DNA from: an uncultured Bacteroidota bacterium
GTDB lineage: Bacteria > Bacteroidota > Bacteroidia > Chitinophagales > LD1
Length of the DNA: 64,000 nucleotides
Assembly: GCA_903919075.1 (NCBI GenBank)
Contig: CAIXGR010000082.1
Coordinates: forward strand, 2,778-66,777
Direction of reading: 5' to 3'
The notes beneath the pieces were generated by a model. That model ran no database searches. It worked only from the letters and a program-made list of their open reading frames with translations, and had not been told where the DNA came from. Positions within the stretch are counted from its first letter, which is position 1; every line of letters starts with the position of its first letter. Below, in pieces: positions 37,539-47,542 of the stretch. A program made the translations under genes and the position numbers.

Positions 37539-37961
37539 TTACTTGTTTTTCACCGCAAGTGTTAGCCTGCTAATACATACCAGCTGCCTGCCATCGTTCA
37601 CAATCCTTATTTCCCACACCTGTGTCGATTTACCAATGTGTATGGGCATTGCCGTGCCATGCACATATCCTTCATTCACACTTCGTATGTGGTTGGCGTT
37701 AATTTCAATACCCACCACCACTTGTTTGCTGTGGTCAACACAAAAACTTCCGCCAATACTGCCCAAAGTTTCGGCTAGTACGCATGATGCGCCTCCATGT
37801 AGCAAGCCGTAAGGTTGCACTGTTCGGTGGTCAACTGGCATGCGCGCGGTTATATAATTATCTCCAACTTCGGTTAGTTCAATACCAAGGTGGTCGCCCA
37901 TGTGTTTGCTGCCAAAAGTGGTATTCAGCAATTCAGGGGTAGGCTTCAATTTCCAAATCAT
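37539..37961 (-). CDS. Hotdog-fold thioesterase (PaaI/DHNA-CoA thioesterase family)
   Basis: Motifs GIELTEVGDNYITARMPVD, QPYGLLHGGASCVLAET and G.A.PIHIGKSTQVWEI. Confidence 0.8.
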   Translation of the reverse strand: MIWKLKPTPELLNTTFGSKHMGDHLGIELTEVGDNYITARMPVDHRTVQPYGLLHGGASCVLAETLGSIGGSFCVDHSKQVVVGIEINANHIRSVNEGYVHGTAMPIHIGKSTQVWEIRIVNDGRQLVCISRLTLAVKNK

Positions 37962-38088
37962 AGGCGGTTTTTGTTTACAAATAAAGAAATTTAGTTTTTA
38001 AACTGGGCAACTGGGCATTTTATATCATAACTCAATAATATTACCCTAAAACTTTAAGCCAACAAATACTATAATTGCAGTTACTGCT

Positions 38089-39387
38089 ATGCGTAATATT
38101 TTAATACTTGGTGCCGGTAAATCGTCTATTGCATTAATAGATTATTTAATTGAACACGCTCAACAAGAAGAGTGGTATATAACCGTGGCAGATGTTACCG
38201 CCGATGCTGCTTTGCATAAAACTAAAGGCCGCGCGCACACTACTGCAAAGGGCTTCAATTTACAAAACGATGAGGAACGCAAAGCACTTATAGCCAAAGC
38301 CGATATTGTTGTTTCAATGTTGCCAGCTGCTTTTCATTTAACCATAGCAAAAGATTGCATAGCGCTAAAAAAGAACCTGGTTACGCCTTCATACATTTCC
38401 GATGCCATGAAGGCTATGAACGATGAGGTTGCACACAATGACCTCATTTTTATGAACGAAACAGGGCTCGACCCGGGCATTGACCACATGAGCGCTATGG
38501 AACTGATTGAGGGGCTGCAAGCTAGGGGCTGTCAGATTACAGGGTTTAAATCGAATTGCGGTGGCTTAATTGCACCTGTAAGCGACAACAATCCGTGGCA
38601 TTATAAATTTACATGGAACCCGCGCAACGTAGTATTAGCAGGGCAGGGCGAAGGAAAAATAAGATTCAGAAAAAATGGTGAATTGAATGAATTGAGCTAC
38701 GAGCAGTTATTTTCATCGGCATATAAAATTGACACAGGTAATTACGGAGTTTTTGAAAGCTATCCCAATCGCGATTCATTAAAATATATTAGCGAATATG
38801 GTTTAGATGAAGTAGCAACCATGTACCGCGGAACATTGCGGGTGCCCCCATTCTGTGCCGGATGGAATTGTTTAGTAAAATTAGGTTTAACATTGGAGAA
38901 GGAAATACCGGTTACATCAATTAAAAAAGAAGAGGCTGAAATATTAAATTACTTGGGTATTAATACTGCTACTGATGAATATCAATTACTGAAATACCTT
39001 GAACTTTTTGAAAGGCTGAAAATTTTAACTGATAAAACGGTAGTGCCCTCAGTTTTTCTACAAAAAATTTTAGAAGAAAAATGGCAGTTGAAACCCGGCG
39101 ATAAAGACATGGTAGTAATGGTGCACGAAATAGATTACGTAGAAGCGGGCAAAAGCAAAAAGCTTCAATCATCGCTGGTTTATACCGGGAAAGATGAAGA
39201 ACACACCGCTATGGCAATAACAGTAGGTTTGCCCGTAGCCATGATAACAAAAGCCATTTTGAATAAGCAAGTAAACAGGAGAGGAGTATTAATGCCAAAA
39301 TATGCCGAGATTTACACCCCGGTTTTGAAAGAATTAAAACAATACGGAATTTCGTTTACCGAACATATTACCGAATTAGCAAATTAG
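38089..39387 (+). CDS. Saccharopine dehydrogenase family protein
   Basis: N-terminal Rossmann [10 protein letters not shown], then [11 protein letters not shown] and a PNRDSL motif. Confidence 0.8.
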   Translation: MRNILILGAGKSSIALIDYLIEHAQQEEWYITVADVTADAALHKTKGRAHTTAKGFNLQNDEERKALIAKADIVVSMLPAAFHLTIAKDCIALKKNLVTPSYISDAMKAMNDEVAHNDLIFMNETGLDPGIDHMSAMELIEGLQARGCQITGFKSNCGGLIAPVSDNNPWHYKFTWNPRNVVLAGQGEGKIRFRKNGELNELSYEQLFSSAYKIDTGNYGVFESYPNRDSLKYISEYGLDEVATMYRGTLRVPPFCAGWNCLVKLGLTLEKEIPVTSIKKEEAEILNYLGINTATDEYQLLKYLELFERLKILTDKTVVPSVFLQKILEEKWQLKPGDKDMVVMVHEIDYVEAGKSKKLQSSLVYTGKDEEHTAMAITVGLPVAMITKAILNKQVNRRGVLMPKYAEIYTPVLKELKQYGISFTEHITELAN

Positions 39388-39401
39388 AAACTGATATAAG
39401 A

Positions 39402-40943
39402 ATGGAAAAGCAGATAGAAAAGTTAAAAACAAAAAGAGATTCAGCACAATTAGGCGGCGGACAAAAACGTATTGACGACCAGCATAAAAAAGGAAAGCTT
39501 ACTGCCCGCGAGAGAGTTGATTTATTGATGGACGCAGGCAGTTTTGAAGAAATTGGAATGCTGGTTGAACACCGTGGCCGCGATTTTGGTATCGACAAAG
39601 AAATATATTTAGGCGATGGCGTAGTTACCGGTTACGGCACTATTAACGGAAGAATAGTATATGTCTTTTCACAAGATTTTACAGTGTTCGGGGGCTCGCT
39701 ATCTGAAACACACGCCGAGAAGATTTGTAAAATTATGGACCTTGCCATGAAAAACGGCGCACCCGTAATTGGCCTTAACGATTCAGGTGGGGCACGGATT
39801 CAGGAAGGGGTAGTATCGTTAGGCGGCTATGCCGATATATTTTATCGTAACACAATAGCCAGCGGCGTAGTTCCTCAAATTTCGGCAATCCTCGGGCCGT
39901 GTGCCGGTGGTGCTGTTTACTCTCCCGCCATTACCGATTTTATTATGATGGTAGAACACACCTCATATATGTTTGTTACCGGTCCTAACGTGGTTAAAAC
40001 AGTTACACACGAAGATGTAACCAGCGAAGAATTGGGCGGCGCACAGGCCCATGCCAGCAAATCAGGCGTTACGCATTTTACCTATGCTAACGAGGTGGAA
40101 TGTATTAACGGCATTAAAAAACTGGTTAGCTATATGCCCCAAAATTGCGATGAACCGGCACCGGTGTTTGATTATACTGGAAGCGATGAAACTCGCGAAA
40201 AATTAAACACGGTTATTCCCGCCAACCCCAATCAGCCATACGACATACGCGAAGTAATTACTGAAATAGCTGATACTGATTCGTTTTTTGAAGTGCATAA
40301 AGATTATGCAGAAAATATAGTTGTAGGTTTTGCGCGCATAGGCGGGCGAAGCATAGGCGTTGTTGCTAATCAGCCGGCGGTGCTTGCCGGTGTGTTAGAT
40401 ATTAATTCAAGCAAAAAAGGCGCGCGCTTTGTGCGTTTTTGCGATTGCTTTAATATCCCTCTTTTAACGTTGGTTGATGTGCCCGGATTTTTGCCCGGCA
40501 CCGATCAGGAGTGGCATGGTATTATTACCAATGGCGCTAAATTATTATATGCATTTAGCGAAGCAACAGTTCCTAAAATTACAGTGATAGTACGTAAAGC
40601 CTACGGCGGTGCATACGATGTAATGAACAGCAAACACATAGGTGCCGACATGAACTACGCATGGCCTAATGCCGAAATTGCTGTAGTAGGAGCGAAGGGC
40701 GCCGCCGAAATTATTTTCAAAAAGGAAATTAACGCAGCACCGGAACCGGAGGTAAAACTGAAAGAGGTAATAGATAGTTACGCCGAAAGTTTTGCCCACC
40801 CCTACAAAGCCGCGGCCCGTGGTTTTATCGATGAAGTAATTGAACCATCACAAACCCGCGCCAAACTAATCCGCGCTTTTAAAATGACTGAAAATAAGGC
40901 GGTGAAATTACCAAGAAAGAAACACGGCAATATACCTTTGTAA
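39402..40943 (+). CDS. Acyl-CoA carboxylase carboxyltransferase (beta) subunit (propionyl-CoA carboxylase / methylmalonyl-CoA carboxyltransferase type)
   Basis: Motifs [46 protein letters not shown] and [11 protein letters not shown]. Confidence 0.9.
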   Translation: MEKQIEKLKTKRDSAQLGGGQKRIDDQHKKGKLTARERVDLLMDAGSFEEIGMLVEHRGRDFGIDKEIYLGDGVVTGYGTINGRIVYVFSQDFTVFGGSLSETHAEKICKIMDLAMKNGAPVIGLNDSGGARIQEGVVSLGGYADIFYRNTIASGVVPQISAILGPCAGGAVYSPAITDFIMMVEHTSYMFVTGPNVVKTVTHEDVTSEELGGAQAHASKSGVTHFTYANEVECINGIKKLVSYMPQNCDEPAPVFDYTGSDETREKLNTVIPANPNQPYDIREVITEIADTDSFFEVHKDYAENIVVGFARIGGRSIGVVANQPAVLAGVLDINSSKKGARFVRFCDCFNIPLLTLVDVPGFLPGTDQEWHGIITNGAKLLYAFSEATVPKITVIVRKAYGGAYDVMNSKHIGADMNYAWPNAEIAVVGAKGAAEIIFKKEINAAPEPEVKLKEVIDSYAESFAHPYKAAARGFIDEVIEPSQTRAKLIRAFKMTENKAVKLPRKKHGNIPL

Positions 40944-40948
40944 TTCTG

Positions 40949-40991
40949 TCCCCCGCCGGCGGGGGAGTGCGTAAGCCTGCGGGATAGCAGG
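40949..40991. repeat. GC-rich palindromic element (18-nt perfect palindrome plus a second 5-bp hairpin)
   Basis: TCCCCCGCCGGCGGGGGA at 40949-40966 is its own reverse complement. CCTGC-gggata-GCAGG follows at 40976-40991. It lies 6 nt after the carboxylase stop. Confidence 0.6.
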
Positions 40992-41030
40992 GGGTGGAGA
41001 GCTCCTTAAAAGCACAGGTGTGAACTAAAA

Positions 41031-41612
41031 TCATTCATTCGAAAATGCCCTCTCAATATCTTTATTAGGCCAAAGCCACATTGAGGAAACTGACAAGAAT
41101 AATACTTCGGATATTATTGGATTAACAAATGCCAGCAGTATACCTGCTATATACAGGGCTGTTGATAGAAGGCCCTTCCGGCGTTGCTTATCTATGGCAT
41201 CTTTTATTTCCTGGTTCCACTCATGGTTTTTCTCTATTGAATTTTGCAACAGCGTCCATGATAATCCGCAGGTAACTAAAAGCCCGCCGTAAATGGCCAC
41301 CGCTACCGGTGCAAAAGCGGTTTCGCCTACCCAGCCGGTTGCAAAAGGAATCATGGAAAGCCAGAACAACAGATTGAGGTTAGCTAAAAGCATACTTCCG
41401 TTTACCTTTTTTACTGTGTGAAACAAGTGGTGATGGTTAACCCAGTAGTTACTTATAAAAACAAAACTTTGAAGATAACTGAGAAACACCGGTATCAAGG
41501 GCAACAAGTCTTTTAGTTCGCCACCATGCGGCATTTTCATTTCCAATACCATAATGGTAATGATAATGGCAATTACCCCATCGCTAAATGCTTCAAGTCG
41601 GTTTTTGTTCAT
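41031..41612 (-). CDS. TMEM175-family (DUF1211) potassium channel
   Basis: N-terminal RLEAFSDGVIAIIITIMVLE signature and six TM segments. Confidence 0.8.
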   Translation of the reverse strand: MNKNRLEAFSDGVIAIIITIMVLEMKMPHGGELKDLLPLIPVFLSYLQSFVFISNYWVNHHHLFHTVKKVNGSMLLANLNLLFWLSMIPFATGWVGETAFAPVAVAIYGGLLVTCGLSWTLLQNSIEKNHEWNQEIKDAIDKQRRKGLLSTALYIAGILLAFVNPIISEVLFLSVSSMWLWPNKDIERAFSNE

Positions 41613-41644
41613 TAGGGTGAAGATATAAGATTTGTCAAATCTTA

Positions 41645-42661
41645 TTATAAGTCGCTGTATTTCTTCTTATGTAAAATAAAATATTGCCAAACAACGCTTA
41701 CCGGGCTTAAATGTGTGCTACCGGGATGAGGAATTTTCATGCGCTTTTGAATCAGGCTCGGAATACTAAGATATAAGGAACCATGCGCTTTGAAAATGGC
41801 GGCAAAGTCGTTAAAATTTTTGTTTTTGGCTACGCTATATAATGATGCTATTATGTCTAAAATAATGCGGAAGGGCAATTTCCAAAATAAAGATAGCAGC
41901 GGAAGGTTTTTAAACATCATCATCAGGTTATTCCTGAAATTAAGATACGTTTTATGCGGGTTGCCCTGTGGCAAACTGCCCCCACCAACGTGATATACTA
42001 CCGATTGCGGAACACAAATAATTTTAAGCCCCCGGTTTTTTATTCGCCAACACAAATCTATTTCCTCCTGATGCGCAAAAAAATCTCCATCCAAAGCTCC
42101 CGCTTCCCAATAAACTTCCGATTTTATAAACATGCAGGCACCGGTGGCCCAGAAAATCTCTTTTACACTATCGTATTGCCTTTCGTCTTTTTCAACGCTG
42201 TCAAATAGCCTGCCGCGGCAAAATACATAGCCAAACTTATCTACAAAGCCCCCGCAGGCACCGGCATATTCAAAATGGTCTCGTTGGTTATAGGCGCGTA
42301 TTTTAGGCTGTGCGGCGGCAATGGTAGTATTCTTCTCCATTTCGCTTATTACCGATTCTATCCAGTTTTCAGTCACTTCAACATCCTGATTCAACAATAC
42401 ATAATAATCGGCTTTTACTTTCTTCAAAGCATCGTTATACCCATCGGCAAAACCATTATTGCGTGCGTTTTGTACTATGCGAACAGATGGAAAGTTTTTC
42501 TGCACAAATGCTACTGAATCATCGGTAGAGCAATTATCAGCTACAACTATTTCGCACAAGTGGGCAGGCGAATACTTTACAACAGAAGGTAAAAACTGTT
42601 CTAAAAACTTTTTACCGTTCCATGCTAAAATTACTACCGCTACTTTTTTTTGCCCGTTCAT
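41645..42661 (-). CDS. Glycosyltransferase family 2 (rhamnosyltransferase-like)
   Basis: VAVVILAWNGKKFL...VVADNCSTDDS...NNGFADGYN...LNQDVEV (DxD region). Preferred start is ATG 42661. Confidence 0.8.
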   Translation of the reverse strand: MNGQKKVAVVILAWNGKKFLEQFLPSVVKYSPAHLCEIVVADNCSTDDSVAFVQKNFPSVRIVQNARNNGFADGYNDALKKVKADYYVLLNQDVEVTENWIESVISEMEKNTTIAAAQPKIRAYNQRDHFEYAGACGGFVDKFGYVFCRGRLFDSVEKDERQYDSVKEIFWATGACMFIKSEVYWEAGALDGDFFAHQEEIDLCWRIKNRGLKIICVPQSVVYHVGGGSLPQGNPHKTYLNFRNNLMMMFKNLPLLSLFWKLPFRIILDIIASLYSVAKNKNFNDFAAIFKAHGSLYLSIPSLIQKRMKIPHPGSTHLSPVSVVWQYFILHKKKYSDL

Positions 42662-42765
42662 GCTGCGCCCCAAAAAATTATGTATGTTTAAAACACAAAT
42701 CAAGCATAAAGCAAATCAAAAGTTTGACAATGAACGAAATATTTTGCGCGAACTTTAAATGAAAT

Positions 42766-43554
42766 ATGGATTCGGATAAGATAGAACACACTTTTGTAAT
42801 AGTAGCATATAAGGAATCGAAATACCTCGAAGCTTGCATTCAATCGGTTATTAACCAAACTGTAAAAGGCAACGTACTAATAGCAACATCAACACCCAAT
42901 GGTTTTATACAGGCTTTAGCAGCTAAATACGGCATTGAAATATCGGTAAATAATAATGGTGGAAGCATAGGCAAAGACTGGAATTTTGCCTACAGCTGTG
43001 CCAATACAAAATACGTGGTTTTGGCGCATCAGGATGATATTTACTTACCTCGGTATGCTGAATTATTTCTTAAATCTGCCACTAAAAATTCATCTACCCG
43101 GCCTTTAATGATTTTTAATAAATCAATAGTGTATAAAGATGAAAAGGAGTTGAGTGTTTCGTATAAAAATATTCTGCGCTGGTTGCTGGTTTTTCCTTTT
43201 CATTTTAAAAGGTGTATTGTTTCTAATGCCATTAAAAAATCTATTTTACTTTTTTCGAATAGCATTTCATGCCCAGGTATAATGTATGTAAAAGATAATT
43301 TAGGCAATTTTAGCTTTGATGAACAATCGGGCTATATACTTGATTGGAAGGCTTGGTACGATATGAGCCAAATGCAAGGCTCATTTATTTACCAGCCCGA
43401 AGCCTTGCACATACATCGCGAGCATGAAGACTCTGCCACTTCAACCACGCAGGTTAGCAATTTACAGCAAGAAGAATTTGAATTGCTCTCAGCTATTTGG
43501 GGCAATAAATTTATTGCTAAAATAATTACCAGGTTACTACTGGCAGCAAAATAA
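42766..43554 (+). CDS. Glycosyltransferase family 2
   Basis: FVIVAYKESKYLEACIQSVINQT...VLAHQDDIY (GT-A fold with DxD-like motif). Confidence 0.7.
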   Translation: MDSDKIEHTFVIVAYKESKYLEACIQSVINQTVKGNVLIATSTPNGFIQALAAKYGIEISVNNNGGSIGKDWNFAYSCANTKYVVLAHQDDIYLPRYAELFLKSATKNSSTRPLMIFNKSIVYKDEKELSVSYKNILRWLLVFPFHFKRCIVSNAIKKSILLFSNSISCPGIMYVKDNLGNFSFDEQSGYILDWKAWYDMSQMQGSFIYQPEALHIHREHEDSATSTTQVSNLQQEEFELLSAIWGNKFIAKIITRLLLAAK

Positions 43555-43565
43555 CTTACCCGATT

Positions 43566-45614
43566 TTATTTTTTCTTCAACTGGCTTTTAGCCCACTCTA
43601 AATTATTTTTGGCCAATTGAAAATCTGGTTTTAGCTCAACCGCTTTGCCGCATGCCCATACAGCGCTGTCGTATTTTTGAAGCTGGTTATATGCAGTGCC
43701 AATATTGTTATAAGCTTCGGGGTAGTTGGGTTGAAGTTCCAGCGCCTTGTTGCAGGCATCAATACACTCGCGGTATTTACCGGCGTAGTAATAGGCCAAA
43801 CTTTGATTCAATAAATCACCTGCAGTTTGACTTTTACTATCAACAGCGGTTATTGTTGTTGCCGGGTTAGATGCCATTTTAAGATAAGTCTCAGCTTTGC
43901 CATCGCCCGGGTACATGCTTAAAGTAGTTTGAGAGGCTGCAAGCAGGTTCTGCCAATCTTTTTTGAAATAGTAAATATCCATCAACAAATAGCGCGAATA
44001 GATATAGCCACCAAATATGTCCAAACTCTTTTTGCAATAAATTTCAGCCTCTTGCACCCGCCCCATATTGTAAAGGTAACGCGCGTAATAATAGTACGAT
44101 TCAACATAACCTGGGCCGTAGTCAAGCGCGTTTTTATAGTATTGCTCGGCTTCAAATTTTTTGCCCTGGGCTTCTTTTAAAACCCCTAAGTTGATGTGGA
44201 GTATATAGTAGCGCGGCGTGTAAATCAAAGCCTGATCGTAGGCATATTGCGCATCTAAATAATCTCCAATGCCCATTAGCGTCAATCCATAATTCATCCA
44301 TCCCCTGCCATTGCGCGGGCTTTTTTCGCTCACATCTTTCCATAGTGCCTGATCTGTTTTCCAAACCTTGTTGCGTTCATGAGCCCCGTAAGCATAACCA
44401 AGCACAGCAAACATGGCAACCGCCAAAACCGCCTTTTTAAGTGTATCACTTTTAAGAATATTGTAATACAGATTGGCTACTAAGCAAACCATTGAAAATA
44501 TTAAACCTATAAATGGAAGAAGAGGTCGGTGGTCATTAGTTACTTCAGCCAATGCAACGAGTGAGGTTGGGAGCAACATTAGCAGAAACCATATAATGCC
44601 AAATGAAAAAGGTCTCCATTCTTTTTTATCCGATGTTTTAAAAGCAAGCAATATTAAACCTATTACGAAAGCAAAACCAATAAATAACCTGTCATCGGCA
44701 AGTGAGGTTATTTCAGGAATATCAGTGTCGGCTGTAAGGCCAAAAGGGAAGAAGAATTGGGTAATATAATGTAAGACAATATAAGGTTGAGAAATAATAT
44801 AATATACCGGCGATTCAGTGCCTTTAATTTCAATAACCTTAGTCATTATTTTAATGGAAAATATACCAAGAGCTGCGCAAATAATCAAAGCCGGAGTACC
44901 TATCAAAAAACTGCGCCCAAAAACTTTTAACCCGTCAGCTTTGAATATATCTTTAAGACTTTTTTGCTTCACAATTATATAATCATACATGATGAGTGCC
45001 GGAGCAAACATTACTGTAGTTTCTTTGGCAAACATTCCCAAAATGGCGGGAATGAGATACAGATAATATTTTCTCAAATTTTCAAAGGCCAAATACAATA
45101 CAAACGAAGCGACAATTCCGCTTGTTGAAAGAATTTCAGAGCGCTGAATAATATAATTTACAGTTTCAGCATTAACAGTATGTAGGCCGTACCATGCACA
45201 ACCCAGCATGGCAAAATATTTATTATATGGTTGATTGAATGCAGAATCATAAAGTTTTACCTGAATGAAATAAATTAAAATAACAACCAAGAGAAACCAA
45301 CTAAAACTTGAAACGTGATACCAAAAAGTATTATAACCTTCTTTGCCTCCGCTTGATTTAAGGCTCATGGCATAATCAATGGCAAGAGTAGTCGTAACCA
45401 AGGGACGGTAACCCTGGTGCGAGGGCATTGCGCTGGTAGTGCTTACGTCTTTAAAAAATAAAGGAATATTATGAATATCTCTGATGTATGCATTATCCTC
45501 AATAGTATGGGCATCATCAAAATGAAATGAATTATGAAAGTGGTTGGAATAAGTTAAAAATATAACTCCTAAAATAACCAGCGCAGTAACTATAAGGGGT
45601 ATTCTTTGCTTCAT
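43566..45614 (-). CDS. GT-C-like polytopic membrane protein with C-terminal TPR domain (TMTC/PMT-like, DUF1736-type)
   Basis: After TM1 the first loop carries NSFHFDDAHTIEDNAYIRD, an acidic DD motif as in PMT/TMTC loop 1. About 10-11 TM segments span aa 1-400. About 7 TPR-like repeats follow in aa 430-680 (e.g. AYNNIGTAYNQLQKYDSAVWACGKAVELKPDF). Confidence 0.65.
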   Translation of the reverse strand: MKQRIPLIVTALVILGVIFLTYSNHFHNSFHFDDAHTIEDNAYIRDIHNIPLFFKDVSTTSAMPSHQGYRPLVTTTLAIDYAMSLKSSGGKEGYNTFWYHVSSFSWFLLVVILIYFIQVKLYDSAFNQPYNKYFAMLGCAWYGLHTVNAETVNYIIQRSEILSTSGIVASFVLYLAFENLRKYYLYLIPAILGMFAKETTVMFAPALIMYDYIIVKQKSLKDIFKADGLKVFGRSFLIGTPALIICAALGIFSIKIMTKVIEIKGTESPVYYIISQPYIVLHYITQFFFPFGLTADTDIPEITSLADDRLFIGFAFVIGLILLAFKTSDKKEWRPFSFGIIWFLLMLLPTSLVALAEVTNDHRPLLPFIGLIFSMVCLVANLYYNILKSDTLKKAVLAVAMFAVLGYAYGAHERNKVWKTDQALWKDVSEKSPRNGRGWMNYGLTLMGIGDYLDAQYAYDQALIYTPRYYILHINLGVLKEAQGKKFEAEQYYKNALDYGPGYVESYYYYARYLYNMGRVQEAEIYCKKSLDIFGGYIYSRYLLMDIYYFKKDWQNLLAASQTTLSMYPGDGKAETYLKMASNPATTITAVDSKSQTAGDLLNQSLAYYYAGKYRECIDACNKALELQPNYPEAYNNIGTAYNQLQKYDSAVWACGKAVELKPDFQLAKNNLEWAKSQLKKK

Positions 45615-45617
45615 AAT

Positions 45618-45950
45618 TTACTTATTGTTTAATTTTTCAGCGTTCTGAATAGATATTTTTCTAACCAGTTCAGTTTGGTCAGCTTCAATTTTTCTAATTT
45701 TCGAATATAAAATAACGCCACCTAAAAAGAAAAATATCATAAAAAGGTAAGTAACCAAATCGGCCCCACGGCCTACGCCAACAAAATGCGCCAGCCTATC
45801 AGTTATAGAAGGAAACAATACGAATAATATGCCTATACCCGATATGGCTACCAGCATTAACCGGTAAAAGGTTTTGTTTTTTAACCGGGGCAGCAAAATA
45901 ACAATAAGTGCCACCAACGGAATAAGCAGAATGATCTTTATATTAATCAT
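45618..45950 (-). CDS. DUF2304 small membrane protein
   Basis: 110 aa. TM helices are followed by FPSITDRLAHFVGVGRGADLVTYLF and a C-terminal amphipathic helix, the typical DUF2304 layout. It sits 1-3 nt from both neighbours. Confidence 0.65.
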   Translation of the reverse strand: MINIKIILLIPLVALIVILLPRLKNKTFYRLMLVAISGIGILFVLFPSITDRLAHFVGVGRGADLVTYLFMIFFFLGGVILYSKIRKIEADQTELVRKISIQNAEKLNNK

Positions 45951-45951
45951 A

Positions 45952-46647
45952 TCAGAATATTTTTTTCAAAAGTAAATCAATAAGGATATTAATTGAATTC
46001 ATGGAGCTTTGACCTTTCAGTTTCGAGTAATCGGTATAAATTATTTTCACCGGCACTTCCTCATAACGCAAATGGTTGCTTTTTACCTGCGACAGTATTT
46101 CAGAAGCATGGGCCATTCGGTTTTCGCGCAGCTTTATTTTTGAAAGTGCGGTTCTGTTCATGGCCCGGAAACCATTGTGGGCATCGGTAAGCCATAAACC
46201 CGTAAATAGTCCGTTTACAATAATGGCGCCTTTTAAAATTAGCTTTCGTGCAAAGGGTACATTAGCAATATCTTCCTGGCGTTTAAATCGGGTGCCCATG
46301 GCAATATCTGCTCTGCCGTTAATTACCGGTTCTAGTAAGGCCGGTATTTCTTCATAATTGTGCTGCCCGTCTGCATCAAAGGTAACGGCGTATTCCGCAT
46401 TTTTTTCAAGCGCGTATTCGAGTCCTGTTTGTATGGCTGCTCCCTGGCCCAGGTTAATATCATGCTTTAAATAAACCACCGGCAGCCCAGCAAGTGCTTC
46501 GCGGGTGTTGTCGGTTGAACAATCATCAACTACCACCACTGTGTATTCCATTTTTATTAATGGCTTTACAGTATCGGCAATCACCTTGCCTTCGTTGTAC
46601 GAAGGTATGATGATGAAAACTTTTTTGGGTTCGAACGATAATTGCAT
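45952..46647 (-). CDS. GT2 polyprenol-phosphate glycosyltransferase (DPM1/GtrB/Ppm-like)
   Basis: VFIIIPSYNEGKVI...VVVDDCSTDNT...NLGQGAAIQTG...FDADGQH. Soluble GT-A of 231 aa. Confidence 0.8.
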   Translation of the reverse strand: MQLSFEPKKVFIIIPSYNEGKVIADTVKPLIKMEYTVVVVDDCSTDNTREALAGLPVVYLKHDINLGQGAAIQTGLEYALEKNAEYAVTFDADGQHNYEEIPALLEPVINGRADIAMGTRFKRQEDIANVPFARKLILKGAIIVNGLFTGLWLTDAHNGFRAMNRTALSKIKLRENRMAHASEILSQVKSNHLRYEEVPVKIIYTDYSKLKGQSSMNSINILIDLLLKKIF

Positions 46648-46677
46648 TTTATATTATTAAGCAATGGTATTGCTTGT

Positions 46678-47409
46678 TTATTTTATACATACGGCAGTCA
46701 AATATTCAAAATCAAGCCCCTTCTTTTTATTTTGAATATTATAGTAAGAACTGTCCCTGAAAACATGCAACACTAATTTTATTAACTGATGCAGTCGTAC
46801 CGCTAAATGAAAAGGTGTAAATTTCCCTATAAAACTCAAAAATAAAACCTTCATTTTCGAGTTAGGGTTTTGACCGAATATTTCAATGTTTTTAAAATAC
46901 TTACCCAATAATTCCACAAATTCAGTTTCGCTATACTCGCGAATATGAAAAATATTGGCAGGCTTATCGAAAATTGTTTTGCCCGGGTTAGTAACCCTTC
47001 GGTTAGGTGTGGAGCAAATAAATACCCCTCCCTTTTTTAAAACCCGAAATGCTTCATCTAAAAACTCTTTATCCTGTGGTATATGCTCTATCGTTTCCAA
47101 CGATATGTAAACATCGGCAAACTCATTAGGCAGGGGTAGGCTTGTAGCGCTTGCTTTAGTAAAAACAACATTGTCAGCAGTGCATATTTTTCGTGCCTCT
47201 TGTAAAGCCTCCTCAGCCAAATCAAATGCATGTACCGAGCCGGCTTTTTTGGCAAAAATATTAGTGCCATCGCCCGAGCCACAGGCGCAGTCAATTACTA
47301 TTTTGCCATCAACAAGCTTCGATGCAAAATTAAACCGAACGCTATGTTCAATCCATAACCACGCGGGTAACAAAAAATTGCTCGAAAGCCTTTCCTTTTC
47401 TACTTCCAT
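46678..47409 (-). CDS. Class I SAM-dependent methyltransferase
   Basis: SAM-binding motif I IDCACGSGDGT, followed by FDLAEEAL and LKKGGVFICSTPN. Confidence 0.75.
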   Translation of the reverse strand: MEVEKERLSSNFLLPAWLWIEHSVRFNFASKLVDGKIVIDCACGSGDGTNIFAKKAGSVHAFDLAEEALQEARKICTADNVVFTKASATSLPLPNEFADVYISLETIEHIPQDKEFLDEAFRVLKKGGVFICSTPNRRVTNPGKTIFDKPANIFHIREYSETEFVELLGKYFKNIEIFGQNPNSKMKVLFLSFIGKFTPFHLAVRLHQLIKLVLHVFRDSSYYNIQNKKKGLDFEYLTAVCIK

Positions 47410-47542
47410 GGGTTAAATTTAAGTATAAGTATAGCCTACAATATGGCTTAAAAAACAAATATATACTGCTGTTCGTCCTATACACAACCTAACTTTCCAC
47501 AATTCCAATAAAAGGTGTACTAACAAATTATATCTTCGCGCC

